Below, piece by piece: positions 8,957 through 18,400 of a stretch of 20,417 nucleotides of DNA. The stretch is taken from the IMG/VR virus record IMGVR_UViG_2778261646_000019; one strand, written 5' to 3'. The position numbers were made by a program, and so were the translations under genes. Origin of the DNA: a virus (taxonomy: Duplodnaviria > Heunggongvirae > Uroviricota > Caudoviricetes). Numbering within the stretch: position 1 is the first letter of the stretch; each line of letters begins with the position of its first letter. The notes under the pieces are model-generated. The model worked only from the letters and a program-made list of their open reading frames with translations. It was not told the DNA's origin and made no database searches.

Positions 8957-8974
8957 TGTATCAGCACTGATACA
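8957..8974. promoter_or_regulatory. Ogr/Delta-type late promoter site (TGT-N12-ACA) upstream of V, inside a perfect 9-bp inverted repeat
   Basis: TTGTATCAGcaCTGATACAA read directly in the S-V intergenic region. Confidence 0.6.
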
Positions 8975-9020
8975 AGTTGCAGCACTGCCGCCTTTCTTCC
9001 CCTGATGGCAACCTTTCCCT

Positions 9021-9599
9021 ATGAACGCACAATTAACCGAAATCATGCGCCTTATCACCAACCTGATCCGCACAGGGGTAGTCACCGAAGTGGACAGGGA
9101 AAACTGGCTTTGCCGGGTGAAAACGGGCGAGCTTGAAACCAACTGGATCAGCTGGCTGACGCTGCGTGCCGGGAATGCCCGTACATGGTGGCGACCATCG
9201 GAAGGTGAGCAGGTGGTGCTGCTGAGTCTGGGCGGCAATCTGGAAACCGCCTTTGCGCTGCCCGCTGTCTATTCGAATCAGTTCGCACCACCGTCGACGT
9301 CGGCGGACGCCTGCGTGACAGAACATCCTGACGGTGGCTGGTTTGAATACGAACCCGCCACCGGGCGCTGGTATGTCAGGGGCATCAAATCAATGGTCAT
9401 TGAGGCTGCTGACAACATCACCATGAAAACCAGTGAGTTTGTACTGGAGGCTGACCGCACGCGCATTAACAGCGAAGTGGTGATCAATGGTGGCGTTACC
9501 CAGGGCGGCGGAGCGATGAGTTCTAACGGGATCGTGGTTGATGCGCATCAGCATACTGGCGTCCTGAAAGGCGGCGATACAACCGGAGGCCCGGTATGA
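9021..9599 (+). CDS. V: Baseplate spike/assembly protein (P2 gpV-like)
   Basis: 192 aa; sequence features (WLTLRAGN..TWW.PS.GEQV, C-terminal HxH...GG..TGGP) match P2 V. No strong RBS, so the start (9021 versus the ATG at 9045) is uncertain. Confidence 0.8.
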   Translation: MNAQLTEIMRLITNLIRTGVVTEVDRENWLCRVKTGELETNWISWLTLRAGNARTWWRPSEGEQVVLLSLGGNLETAFALPAVYSNQFAPPSTSADACVTEHPDGGWFEYEPATGRWYVRGIKSMVIEAADNITMKTSEFVLEADRTRINSEVVINGGVTQGGGAMSSNGIVVDAHQHTGVLKGGDTTGGPV

Positions 9600-9955
9600 C
9601 GCTTTATAGCGGGATGAACAATACCAGCGGCAAAGTCATTACTGATATTGATCATCTGCGCCAGTCGGTGCGGGACATTCTGCTGACACCGCAGGGTAGC
9701 CGTATTGCCCGCCGGGAATATGGTTCCCTGCTGTCGGCACTGATAGATCAGCCACAAAATCCGGCATTACGCCTGCAGGTCATGTCGGCAGTGTATGTGG
9801 CGCTGAGTCGCTGGGAGCCACGGTTGACGCTGGATTCCATCACCATCAACAGCAATTTTGACGGTTCAATGGTGGTGGAGCTGACCGGGCGGCGGAATAA
9901 CGGTGTGCCTGTGTCCCTTTCCGTATCAACAGGAGCAGAGAATGGCAGTGATTGA
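9596..9955 (+). CDS. W: Baseplate wedge protein (P2 gpW-like, gp25-like)
   Basis: 119 aa (P2 W is 115 aa); ATGA overlap with V. Confidence 0.85.
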   Translation: MTLYSGMNNTSGKVITDIDHLRQSVRDILLTPQGSRIARREYGSLLSALIDQPQNPALRLQVMSAVYVALSRWEPRLTLDSITINSNFDGSMVVELTGRRNNGVPVSLSVSTGAENGSD

Positions 9956-10850
9956 CCTTTCGCAGTTGCCTGCACCGCAGATTGTGGATGTGCCGGACTT
10001 TGAGACGCTGCTTGCCGAACGCAAGGCAGAATTTGTGGCGCTTCATCCGAAAGATGAGCAGGAAGCAGTGATCCGCACGCTGGAACTGGAATCTGAACCC
10101 GCCACTAAATTGTTGCAGGAGAACGCTTACCGTGAGTTGCTTCTGCGCCAGCGCATTAACGAAGCCGCGCAGGCGGTGATGGTGGCTTACGCGATGGGCG
10201 GCGATCTTGACCAGCTCGCTGCCAACTACAACGTGACACGCCTGACGGTGACGCCTGCTGATAATGATGCTGTGCCGCCCGTTGCAGCTGTGATGGAAAG
10301 CGATGAAGCGTTGCGCCTGCGTGTGCCTGCAGCCTTTGAAGGGCTTTCTGTTGCGGGGCCAACTGCAGCTTATGAATTTCATGCCCGAAGCGCCGACGGT
10401 CGGGTGGCGGATGCCAGTGCAACCAGCCCGGCACCTGCAGAGGTGGTGCTGACTGTCCTTAGCCGCGAAGGCGATGGAACTGCAGAAAAAGACCTGCTGG
10501 ACGTGGTGGAAAAAGCTCTGAACAGTGAGAACGTCCGCCCGGTGGCTGACCGTCTTACGGTTCGCAGCGCAGAAATCATCCCGTATCGCGTGGAAGCCAC
10601 CATTTTTCTCTATCCTGGACCGGAAGCAGAGCCGGTAATGGCAGCGGCAAAAGCCAGCCTGCAGAAGTACATCGCCAGTCAGACGCGTCTTGGTCGGGAT
10701 ATTCGCCGTAGCGCCATCTTTGCCGCCCTGCATGTTGAGGGGGTGCAGCGTGTGGAGCTGGCTTCTCCTCTGGCGGATGTGGTCCTGAACAAAACACAGG
10801 CGGCATCATGTACGCAGTGGAGCGTAACCAACGGAGGAACGGATGAATAG
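9942..10850 (+). CDS. J: Baseplate protein (P2 gpJ-like)
   Basis: ATG at 9942 with AGGAG RBS gives 302 aa, the same length as P2 J (the track ORF starts at an upstream GTG, 9903). N-terminus MAVIDLSQLPAP resembles P2 J. Confidence 0.85.
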   Translation: MAVIDLSQLPAPQIVDVPDFETLLAERKAEFVALHPKDEQEAVIRTLELESEPATKLLQENAYRELLLRQRINEAAQAVMVAYAMGGDLDQLAANYNVTRLTVTPADNDAVPPVAAVMESDEALRLRVPAAFEGLSVAGPTAAYEFHARSADGRVADASATSPAPAEVVLTVLSREGDGTAEKDLLDVVEKALNSENVRPVADRLTVRSAEIIPYRVEATIFLYPGPEAEPVMAAAKASLQKYIASQTRLGRDIRRSAIFAALHVEGVQRVELASPLADVVLNKTQAASCTQWSVTNGGTDE

Positions 10851-11448
10851 TCTGCTGCCACCGGGTTCAACACCACTGGAGTGCCGACTGGCGCAAACCT
10901 GCAGCGGGATTTCTGATCTGCAGGTGCCGCTTCGTGATTTGTGGAATCCGGCAACCTGTCCGGTCAGTTTCCTGCCTTATCTCGCCTGGGCGTTCTCTGT
11001 GGATCGCTGGGACGAGGGCTGGACAGAAAGCGTCAAGCGCCAGGTGGTGAAGGATGCTTTTTATATTCATCAGCATAAAGGGACCACCAGTGCCGTGCGG
11101 CGGGTGGTGGAGCCGTTCGGATTCCTGATCCGCATTATTGAGTGGTGGCAGACCGGAGAAACACCGGGCACGTTTCGCCTGGATATCGGCGTGCAGGACC
11201 AGGGCATCACTGAAGATACCTATCTGGAACTTGAGCGACTGATAAGCGATGCCAAACCATGTAGCCGCCACATGATCGGCATGTCCATCAATCTGCAGAC
11301 CAGCGGCCCGCATTGGGTGGGAGCCGCCAGCTATCTTGGCGAAGAAATCACGATCTATCCGTATATCAACGAAACGATTATTTCCGGTGGCACCGCGCAT
11401 GAAGGCGGGGCGGTCCATGTTATTGACACAATGAGAGTGAATCCATGA
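10843..11448 (+). CDS. I: Baseplate/tail fibre attachment protein (P2 gpI-like)
   Basis: 201 aa; between J and H, with overlapping start and stop codons on both sides. Confidence 0.8.
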   Translation: MNSLLPPGSTPLECRLAQTCSGISDLQVPLRDLWNPATCPVSFLPYLAWAFSVDRWDEGWTESVKRQVVKDAFYIHQHKGTTSAVRRVVEPFGFLIRIIEWWQTGETPGTFRLDIGVQDQGITEDTYLELERLISDAKPCSRHMIGMSINLQTSGPHWVGAASYLGEEITIYPYINETIISGGTAHEGGAVHVIDTMRVNP

Positions 11449-12524
11449 GCACAAAATTTTATACCCTGCTGACGGATATTGGCGCGGCGAAACTTGCCAG
11501 CGCCGCCGCGCTCGGTGTGCCGCTAAAAATTACCCATATGGCGGTGGGCGATGGCGGTGGAGTATTGCCAACGCCGGACGCAAAGCAGACGGCACTGGTA
11601 AATGAGAAACGCCGGGCTGCGCTGAATATGCTTTATATCGACCCGCAGAACAGCAGCCAGATTATTGCCGAACAGGTGATCCCTGAAAACGAGGGCGGTT
11701 GGTGGATACGTGAAGTGGGCCTGTTTGATGAGTCAGGTGCATTGATTGCCGTGGGCAACTGCCCGGAAAGCTATAAGCCGCAACTGGCTGAAGGTAGCGG
11801 GCGCACTCAGACCGTGCGCATGGTGCTGATTACCAGCAGCACGGACAATATCACCCTGAAAATCGACCCTGCTGTAGTGCTGGCAACCCGCAAGTATGTG
11901 GATGACAAGGCACTGGAGCTGAAGGTGTACGCGGATGATCAGATGGCAAAACATCTTGCCGCACCGGACCCGCATTCACAGTACGCGCCAAAAGCCAGCC
12001 CGACATTTACCGGAACCCCCAAAGCGCCAACGCCAGCGGCGGGGAATAATACCACGCAGGTTGCGACCACTGCGTTTGTACAGGCGGCACTGACGGCCCT
12101 TATTAATGGTGCGCCAGCCACGCTGGACACGCTGAAAGAAATAGCCGCAGCCATTAACAATGATCCGAATTTCAGTACCACCATTAACAATGCGCTGGCA
12201 CTAAAAGCACCGTTGTCGAGTCCGGCACTCACCGGAACGCCAACAGCCCCCACGGCGGCGCAGTCGGTCAACAATACACAGATTGCCACTACGGCTTTTG
12301 TGAAATCGGCGATTGCAGGAATGGTGGGTTCTGCACCTGCTGCACTGGATACACTGAACGAACTGGCGGCGGCACTGGGGAATGATCCGAACTTTGCCAC
12401 GACAATGCTTAATGCGCTGGCAGGTAAACAACCGCTGGACAATACGCTTACCAATTTGAGTGGAAAGGATGTAGCTGGTCTTCTCCCAAACCAACGTTTA
12501 AGAAAATGCAGAGGTAACAGCTAA
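11445..12524 (+). CDS. H: Tail fibre protein, conserved N-terminal part only (P2 gpH-like); truncated, ends 18 bp after a hix-like crossover site
   Basis: 359 aa against about 669 aa for P2 H. The N-terminal half matches P2 H (MAVGDGGG, ESYKP.LAEGSGR, LNELAAALGNDPNFATTM.NALAGKQP), but the ORF stops after ...LLPNQRLRKCRGNS; the receptor-binding C-terminus is absent. Confidence 0.8.
   Translation: MSTKFYTLLTDIGAAKLASAAALGVPLKITHMAVGDGGGVLPTPDAKQTALVNEKRRAALNMLYIDPQNSSQIIAEQVIPENEGGWWIREVGLFDESGALIAVGNCPESYKPQLAEGSGRTQTVRMVLITSSTDNITLKIDPAVVLATRKYVDDKALELKVYADDQMAKHLAAPDPHSQYAPKASPTFTGTPKAPTPAAGNNTTQVATTAFVQAALTALINGAPATLDTLKEIAAAINNDPNFSTTINNALALKAPLSSPALTGTPTAPTAAQSVNNTQIATTAFVKSAIAGMVGSAPAALDTLNELAAALGNDPNFATTMLNALAGKQPLDNTLTNLSGKDVAGLLPNQRLRKCRGNS
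12000..12438 (+). repeat. Tandem duplication of about 220 bp (two ~73-aa repeat units) inside the tail fibre gene
   Basis: Repeat units beginning ...PTFTGTPKAPTPAAGNNTTQVATTAFV... and ...PALTGTPTAPTAAQSVNNTQIATTAFV..., both ending in ...NDPNF.TT..NALA.K.PL; DNA similarity is visible (aatgatccgaatttcagtacc... near 12162 versus aatgatccgaactttgccacg... near 12382). Confidence 0.7.
12481..12506. other. Candidate invertase crossover site (hix/gix/cix-like, 26 bp) at the 3' end of H
   Basis: TTCTCCCAAACCAACGTTTAAGAAAA matches my recalled hixL sequence (TTCTTGAAAACCAAGGTTTTTGATAA) at 19 of 26 positions, including the AAACC-AA core; it sits 50-80 bp upstream of the invertase gene. No second copy was seen in the window. 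Confidence 0.5.
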
Positions 12525-12561
12525 CTGGCATCATCTCCGGTTTTTATTCAGGGGGATGATC

Positions 12562-13128
12562 ATGCTTATTGGCTATGTACGCGTGTCAACAAATGACCAG
12601 AACACCGATTTGCAACGTAATGCACTGAACTGCGCGGGATGTGAGCAGATTTTTGAGGACAAAATCAGTGGCACTAAGTCCGACAGACCGGGGCTGAAAA
12701 AACTACTCAGGACACTATCGGCAGGAGACACGCTGGTTGTCTGGAAGCTGGACAGGTTGGGGCGCAGTATGCGGCATCTTGTTACGCTGATAGAAGAGTT
12801 GCGCCAGCGTGGTGTGAATTTCAGAAGCCTGACTGACAGTATTGATACCAGTACCCCAATGGGCCGTTTCTTTTTTCATGTCATGGGTGCCCTGGCTGAA
12901 ATGGAACGCGAACTGATAGTTGAACGTACCAGGGCAGGGCTGGCTGCAGCTCGTGCCAAAGGCAGAGTAGGTGGACGCCGTCCTAAGTTGACCACCGAAC
13001 AGTGGGCACAGATTGGGCGTTTACTCGAGGCCGGAGAATCAAGACAGCGTATTGCACTGATTTTTGATGTAGGCGTTTCTACCATTTATAGAAAATTTCC
13101 GGCAAATAAGATCAATGAATCCCCCTGA
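12562..13128 (+). CDS. Serine DNA invertase, Hin/Gin/Pin/Cin family
   Basis: Near-identical over long stretches to my recollection of Hin/Pin (MLIGYVRVSTNDQNTDLQRNAL...GDTLVVWKLDRLGRSM...FRSLTDSIDT...MGRFFFHVMGALAEMERELIVERT.AGLAAARAKGR.GGR), with the catalytic Ser in VRVSTNDQ and a C-terminal HTH. The ATG at 12562 follows a GGGGGA RBS (the track ORF starts two codons earlier). Confidence 0.9.
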   Translation: MLIGYVRVSTNDQNTDLQRNALNCAGCEQIFEDKISGTKSDRPGLKKLLRTLSAGDTLVVWKLDRLGRSMRHLVTLIEELRQRGVNFRSLTDSIDTSTPMGRFFFHVMGALAEMERELIVERTRAGLAAARAKGRVGGRRPKLTTEQWAQIGRLLEAGESRQRIALIFDVGVSTIYRKFPANKINESP

Positions 13129-13176
13129 ATCAGCATTATGTTGATTATCCCTGCAAGCAGACAAATACCGTTATTT

Positions 13177-13194
13177 TGTGTGAATAACGACACA
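13177..13194. promoter_or_regulatory. Ogr/Delta-type late promoter site (TGT-N12-ACA) for the FI operon
   Basis: TGTgtgaataacgacACA read directly, 85 bp upstream of the FI start, in the invertase-FI intergenic region. Confidence 0.6.
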
Positions 13195-13270
13195 ACTGCG
13201 CTTAGCTGTTTGTCAGGCACAATCACTTCAACATAGGGCGAAGCCTAATCCAATCAGGAGGTTCGCCACT

Positions 13271-14443
13271 ATGGCTCAGGATTACCACCACGGGGTGCGC
13301 GTTGTTGAAGTCAACGAAGGTACCCGATCTATTACCACGGTGAGCACCGCCATCGTGGGTATGGTCTGCACGGGCGATGATGCCGATGCAAAAATGTTTC
13401 CTCTTAATAAACCCGTGCTGATCACTGATGTGCTGACTGCCAGCGGTAAAGCGGGTGAGTCAGGTACTCTGGCCCGTTCGCTGGATGCCATCGCTGACCA
13501 GGCAAAACCCGTGACCATTGTTGTGCGTGTGCCGCAGGGTGAAACGGAAGACGAAACCACGACCAATATCATCGGCGCAGTGACTGCTGAAGGTAAAAAA
13601 ACAGGTATGAAAGCCCTGTTATCTGCCCAGTCACAGCTCGGCGTTAAACCGCGCATTCTCGGCGTGCCAGGCCACGACACCAAGGCGGTAGCTACTGAGT
13701 TGCTGAGCGTGGCGCAAAGCCTGCGTGGATTTGCTTACCTGTCAGCGTATGGCTGCAAGACAGTGCAGGAGGCGATCACTTACCGCGAAAACTTCAGCCA
13801 GCGCGAAGGGATGCTGATCTGGCCTGACTTTACTGGCTGGGACACGGTGCTGAATGCCGAAGCAACGGCATATGCCACCGCCCGTGCGCTTGGTCTGCGC
13901 GCCAAAATTGACGAGCAGACCGGATGGCACAAAAGCCTGTCCAACGTGGGCGTGAACGGTGTCACCGGAATTTCTGCAGATGTGTTCTGGGATCTGCAGG
14001 ACCCGGCAACCGATGCAGGTCTGCTGAACCAGAACGACGTCACCACGCTTGTGCGTAAAGACGGTTTCCGCTTCTGGGGTTCCCGCTGCCTGAGTGATGA
14101 CCCGCTCTTTGCCTTCGAAAACTACACCCGCACGGCGCAGGTGCTGATGGACACGATGGCAGAAGCACACATGTGGGCGGTGGATAAACCGCTTAACCCG
14201 TCGCTGGCCCGCGACATTATCGAAGGTATCCGCGCCAAAATGCGCAGCCTGGTCAGTCAGGGCTATCTCATTGGTGGTGATTGCTGGCTGGATGAGTCGG
14301 TGAACGACAAAGACACGCTGAAAGCCGGAAAACTCACCATCGACTACGACTACACGCCAGTGCCGCCACTTGAAAACCTGATGCTGCGTCAGCGCATCAC
14401 CGATCAGTACCTGGTTAATTTCGCCAGCCAGGTCAGCGCGTAA
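13271..14443 (+). CDS. FI: Contractile tail sheath protein (P2 gpFI-like)
   Basis: 390 aa (P2 FI is about 396 aa); AGGAGG RBS; followed by the tube gene. Confidence 0.9.
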   Translation: MAQDYHHGVRVVEVNEGTRSITTVSTAIVGMVCTGDDADAKMFPLNKPVLITDVLTASGKAGESGTLARSLDAIADQAKPVTIVVRVPQGETEDETTTNIIGAVTAEGKKTGMKALLSAQSQLGVKPRILGVPGHDTKAVATELLSVAQSLRGFAYLSAYGCKTVQEAITYRENFSQREGMLIWPDFTGWDTVLNAEATAYATARALGLRAKIDEQTGWHKSLSNVGVNGVTGISADVFWDLQDPATDAGLLNQNDVTTLVRKDGFRFWGSRCLSDDPLFAFENYTRTAQVLMDTMAEAHMWAVDKPLNPSLARDIIEGIRAKMRSLVSQGYLIGGDCWLDESVNDKDTLKAGKLTIDYDYTPVPPLENLMLRQRITDQYLVNFASQVSA

Positions 14444-14452
14444 GGGGACAAC

Positions 14453-14968
14453 ATGGCTTTACCACGCAAATTAAAACACCTGAACCTGGTTAACGACGGG
14501 AACAACTGGCAGGGGATCGTTGAGTCGCTGACGCTGCCGAAATTTACCCGCAAATATGAGAAGTATCGCGGCGGCGGAATGCCGGGTGCGGTGGATGTGG
14601 ATCTGGGGCTTGATGACAGTGCGCTGGATACAGAATTTTCCATTGGTGGTACTGAATTGCTGCTGTTTAAACAGATGGGTAAAGCCACGGTGGATGGCAT
14701 CCAGCTGCGCTTTACCGGCTCTATTCAGCGTGACGATACCGGGGAAGTGCAGGCCGTGGAGCTTGTCGTGCGTGGACGTCACAAAGAAGTGGATTCCGGC
14801 GAGTGGAAGACGGGCGAAAGCAACACCACCAAAGTGACCAGTACCAACAGCTACGCGAAGCTGACCATCAATGGTGAGGTGCTCTATGAAGTGGACCTTA
14901 TCAACATGGTGGAAATTGTGGACGGTGTGGACCTGATGGAAGCGCACCGCAACGCCCTCGGCCTCTGA
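14453..14968 (+). CDS. FII: Tail tube protein (P2 gpFII-like)
   Basis: 171 aa (P2 FII is 172 aa); synteny. Confidence 0.9.
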   Translation: MALPRKLKHLNLVNDGNNWQGIVESLTLPKFTRKYEKYRGGGMPGAVDVDLGLDDSALDTEFSIGGTELLLFKQMGKATVDGIQLRFTGSIQRDDTGEVQAVELVVRGRHKEVDSGEWKTGESNTTKVTSTNSYAKLTINGEVLYEVDLINMVEIVDGVDLMEAHRNALGL

Positions 14969-15022
14969 TATATCTGAACGGCGCGGGATACCGCGCCAGA
15001 ACCCAATTGACAGGACAGCAAA

Positions 15023-15325
15023 ATGAGCGATAAGCAGACTGAAAAGACCATTCAACTGGATACCCCCATCAAGCGCGGTAAAACAGAAATCACCGAAATT
15101 GTGCTGCGTAAACCGCAGTCCGGTGCGCTGCGCGGTACACGCCTGCAGGCCATTATGGATATGGATGTAAACGCGATGATGACCGTGATCCCCCGCATCT
15201 CCAGTCCGGCACTGACTGCACAGGAAATTGCAGAGATGGACCCGGCAGATCTCACTGCCATGTCGGTTGAGGTTGTCACTTTTTTGTTGAAGAAGTCGGT
15301 GCTTGCCGGTTTACCGACAGCCTGA
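15023..15325 (+). CDS. E: Tail assembly chaperone E (P2 gpE-like)
   Basis: 100-aa ORF upstream of the tape measure gene, with the slippery site near its 3' end. Confidence 0.8.
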   Translation: MSDKQTEKTIQLDTPIKRGKTEITEIVLRKPQSGALRGTRLQAIMDMDVNAMMTVIPRISSPALTAQEIAEMDPADLTAMSVEVVTFLLKKSVLAGLPTA

Positions 15326-15459
15326 CGGTTGACGATCTGGTGGCAGATATCGCCACCATTTTTCACTGGCCGCCATCCGTTACTGACGTTATGCCGCTGA
15401 CCGAAGTGCTGGAATGGCGGTATAAAGCGATTCAGAGAAGCGGGGCCAACGATGAGTGA
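15023..15459 (+). CDS. Tail assembly chaperone E+E' fusion (product of -1 frameshift at 15280..15286)
   Basis: The -1 frame after the slip encodes ...VEEVGACRFTDSLTVDDLVADIATIFHWPPSVTDVMPLTEVLEWRYKAIQRSGANDE and stops at 15459; this matches the conserved P2 E/E' arrangement. Confidence 0.65.
15280..15286 (+). other. Programmed -1 ribosomal frameshift slippery heptamer T-TTT-TTG (E to E+E')
   Basis: tttttttg at 15280..15286, in frame as ACT TTT TTG (T-F-L) of E; the -1 frame stays open to the TGA at 15457..15459, which overlaps the T start. Confidence 0.7.
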
Positions 15460-18400
15460 TAACAACCTGCGTCTGCAGGTCATTCTTAATGCGGTTGACA
15501 AGCTCACCCGCCCATTTCGATCTGCGCAGGCCAGTTCAAGAGAACTGGCTGCTGCTGTCAAAAAATCCCGCGATGCAATAAAGCAGCTTGATCAGGCCGG
15601 GAGCAGTCTGGACAGCTTCCGAAAGCTGCAGGCAGAAAATCAGAAATTAGGCGACAGGCTGAACTATGCCCGCCAGCGTGCAAATTTGCTCAGTCAGGAA
15701 CTGGGAGCGATGGGGCCGCCTTCGCAACGTCAGGTTGTTGCTCTGGGCCGTCAACGGCTGGCTGTTCAGCGCCTGGAAGAACGCCAGAAAAAGCTGCAGC
15801 AGCAGACGGCGCTTGTGCGTGCTGAACTGTACCGGGCGGGAATTTCTGCGAAAGACGATGCGGGAGCAACTGCCCGTTTAGCCCGTGAAACATCACGTTA
15901 TAACCAGGAACTTTCGAAACAGGAGGCGCGGCTGAAGCGACTGGGGGAAGCTCAGCGCAGGATGAATGCAGCGCGTGCCAGTTATGCCCGTTCGCTGGAG
16001 GTGCGTGATCGTATTGCAGGTGCCGGAGCCACCACCACGGCTGCAGGGCTGGCAATGGGCGCACCAGTGATGGCGGCAGTAAAAAGCTATACCAGCATGG
16101 AAGATGCCATGAAAGGTGTGGCAAAGCAGGTCAATGGTCTGCGTGACGATAATGGCAACCGCACTGCACGTTTTTATGAAATGCAGGATGCCATCAAGGC
16201 TGCCAGCGAACAGTTGCCGATGGAAAACGGTGCTGTGGATTTCGCTGCACTGGTTGAAGGTGGCGCGCGCATGAACGTCGCAAACCCTGACGACAGTTGG
16301 GAAGATCAGAAACGTGACCTGCTGGCCTTCGCCAGTACGGCAGCAAAGGCGGCAACAGCCTTTGAGCTGCCAGCGGATGAACTGTCAGAAAGTCTGGGGA
16401 AAATCGCCCAGCTCTACAAAATCCCCACCCGCAATATTGAACAGCTCGGTGATGCGCTGAACTATCTGGATGATAACGCCATGTCGAAAGGGGCAGACAT
16501 CATTGATGTGATGCAACGTCTGGGCGGTGTGGCTGACCGTCTGGATTATCGTAAAGCGGCGGCGCTGGGTTCCACCTTCCTGACACTGGGCGCTGCGCCA
16601 GAGGTTGCAGCCAGTGCAGCAAACGCGATGGTGTGTGAATTGTCCATTGCCACCATGCAAAGCAAAAGTTTCTTTGAAGGGATGAATCTGCTGAAACTCA
16701 ATCCTGAAGTGATTGAAAAGCAGATGACGAAGGATGCGATGGGAACCATCCAGCGCGTGCTGGAGAAGGTAAACGCGCTGCCGCAGGACAAGCGCCTGTC
16801 TGCCATGACTATGTTGTTTGGTAAAGAGTTTGGCGATGACGCGGCGAAACTGGCAAACAACCTGCCGGAACTGCAGCGTCAGTTAAAACTGACAGCGGGC
16901 AATGATGCGCTCGGCTCCATGCAGAAAGAATCCGACATTAACAAGGATTCACTTTCTGCGCAGTGGTTGCTGGTCAAAACCGGAGCGCAGAACACCTTCA
17001 GCAGCCTGGGCGAAACGCTGCGCCAGCCGCTGATGGATATTCTGTACATGGTGAAAAGCGTCACGGGGGCGTTGCGTCGCTGGGTGGAAGCTAACCCGGA
17101 ACTGACAGGCACACTGATGAAAGCATCGGCTGTTGTGGCTGCGGTTACCGTCGGCCTCGGCACCTTAGCGGTGGCGCTGGCTGCAGTGCTGGGGCCGCTG
17201 GCAGTGATCCGTCTGGGATTCTCTGTGCTGGGTATCAAAACGTTATCTTCCGTTACGGCAGCAGTAACTCGAACCAGCAGCGCGTTGTCCTGGCTGGCTG
17301 GCGCACCACTGGCACTGCTGCGACGCGGGCTTGCTTCATCGGGCAACGCCGCAGGTTTACTTACTGCGCCGTTGTCGTCTTTGCGCCGCACGGCATCACT
17401 GACGGGAAATGTCCTTAAAACTGTAGCAGGTGCGCCGGTTGCACTTTTGCGGTCTGGATTATCCGGTTTACGTGCTGTTGCTGTGATGTTTATGAATCCT
17501 CTGGCGGTACTGCGCGGTGGACTGGCTGCCGCAGGCGCGGTGCTTCGTGTGCTTGCATCTGGTCCGCTGGCGATGCTGCGCGTTGCCCTGTATGCCATAT
17601 CTGGTCTGTTAGGTGCTCTGCTCAGTCCGATAGGTCTTGTGGTTACTGCACTGGCGGGCGTGGCGCTGGTTGTCTGGAAATACTGGCAACCCATCACCGC
17701 ATTTCTCGGTGGCGTGGTGGAAGGATTCAAAGCGGCGGCAGGTCCCATCAGTGCTGCATTCGAACCACTTAAGCCTGTGTTTCAGTGGATTGGCGACAAA
17801 GTACAGGCGCTGTGGGGCTGGTTTACTGATCTGCTGACGCCCGTTAAGTCGACCTCTGCCGAACTGCAGAGTGCAGCGGCAATGGGGCGGCGATTCGGGG
17901 AGGCACTGGCGGAAGGGCTGAATATGGTCATGCATCCGCTGGACTCCCTGAAATCCGGCGTTTCCTGGTTGCTGGAGAAGCTCGGCATTGTCAGTAAAGA
18001 GGCCGCAAAGGCAAAACTGCCGGAAAGCGTGACGCGTCAGCAACCTGCGACGGTGAATGCAGACGGTAAAGTGATGATGCCATCGGGTGGTTTTCCATCA
18101 TGGGGATATGGCTTTGCGGGGATGTATGACAGCGGCGGGTATATCCCGCGAGGGCAGTTTGGCATCGTCGGTGAAAACGGGCCGGAAATTGTTAACGGCC
18201 CGGCAAATGTGACCAGCCGGAGAAATACAGCTGCACTGGCTGCCGTTGTTGCCGGAATGATGGGCGTTGCTGCCGCGCCAGCAGAGCTTCCACCGTTGCA
18301 CCCTTTGGCACTTCCCGCGAAAGGTGGAGAAGCAATTGTGAGTCGCGCAGCCACTGTGCCGCTCGTTCAACGGATTGAGGCACCGACGCAGATCATCATT

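Noticed and set aside
9846-10733. Long minus-strand ORF (295 aa), with similar antisense ORFs at 16879..17748, 18980..19633, 10867..11454 and 11939..12454
   Set aside because: Each lies antisense to a well-supported P2-like structural gene, and their products are low-complexity (Arg/Ala/Ser/Cys-rich) with no RBS or synteny support; these are typical spurious ORFs in GC-rich coding DNA.
12539-12551. GGTTTTTATTCA just upstream of the invertase start, resembling a hix right half-site (GGTTTTTGATAA)
   Set aside because: No AAACC-containing left half-site in the correct position, so it does not form a full 26-bp site; it overlaps the invertase RBS region and may be coincidental or a remnant.
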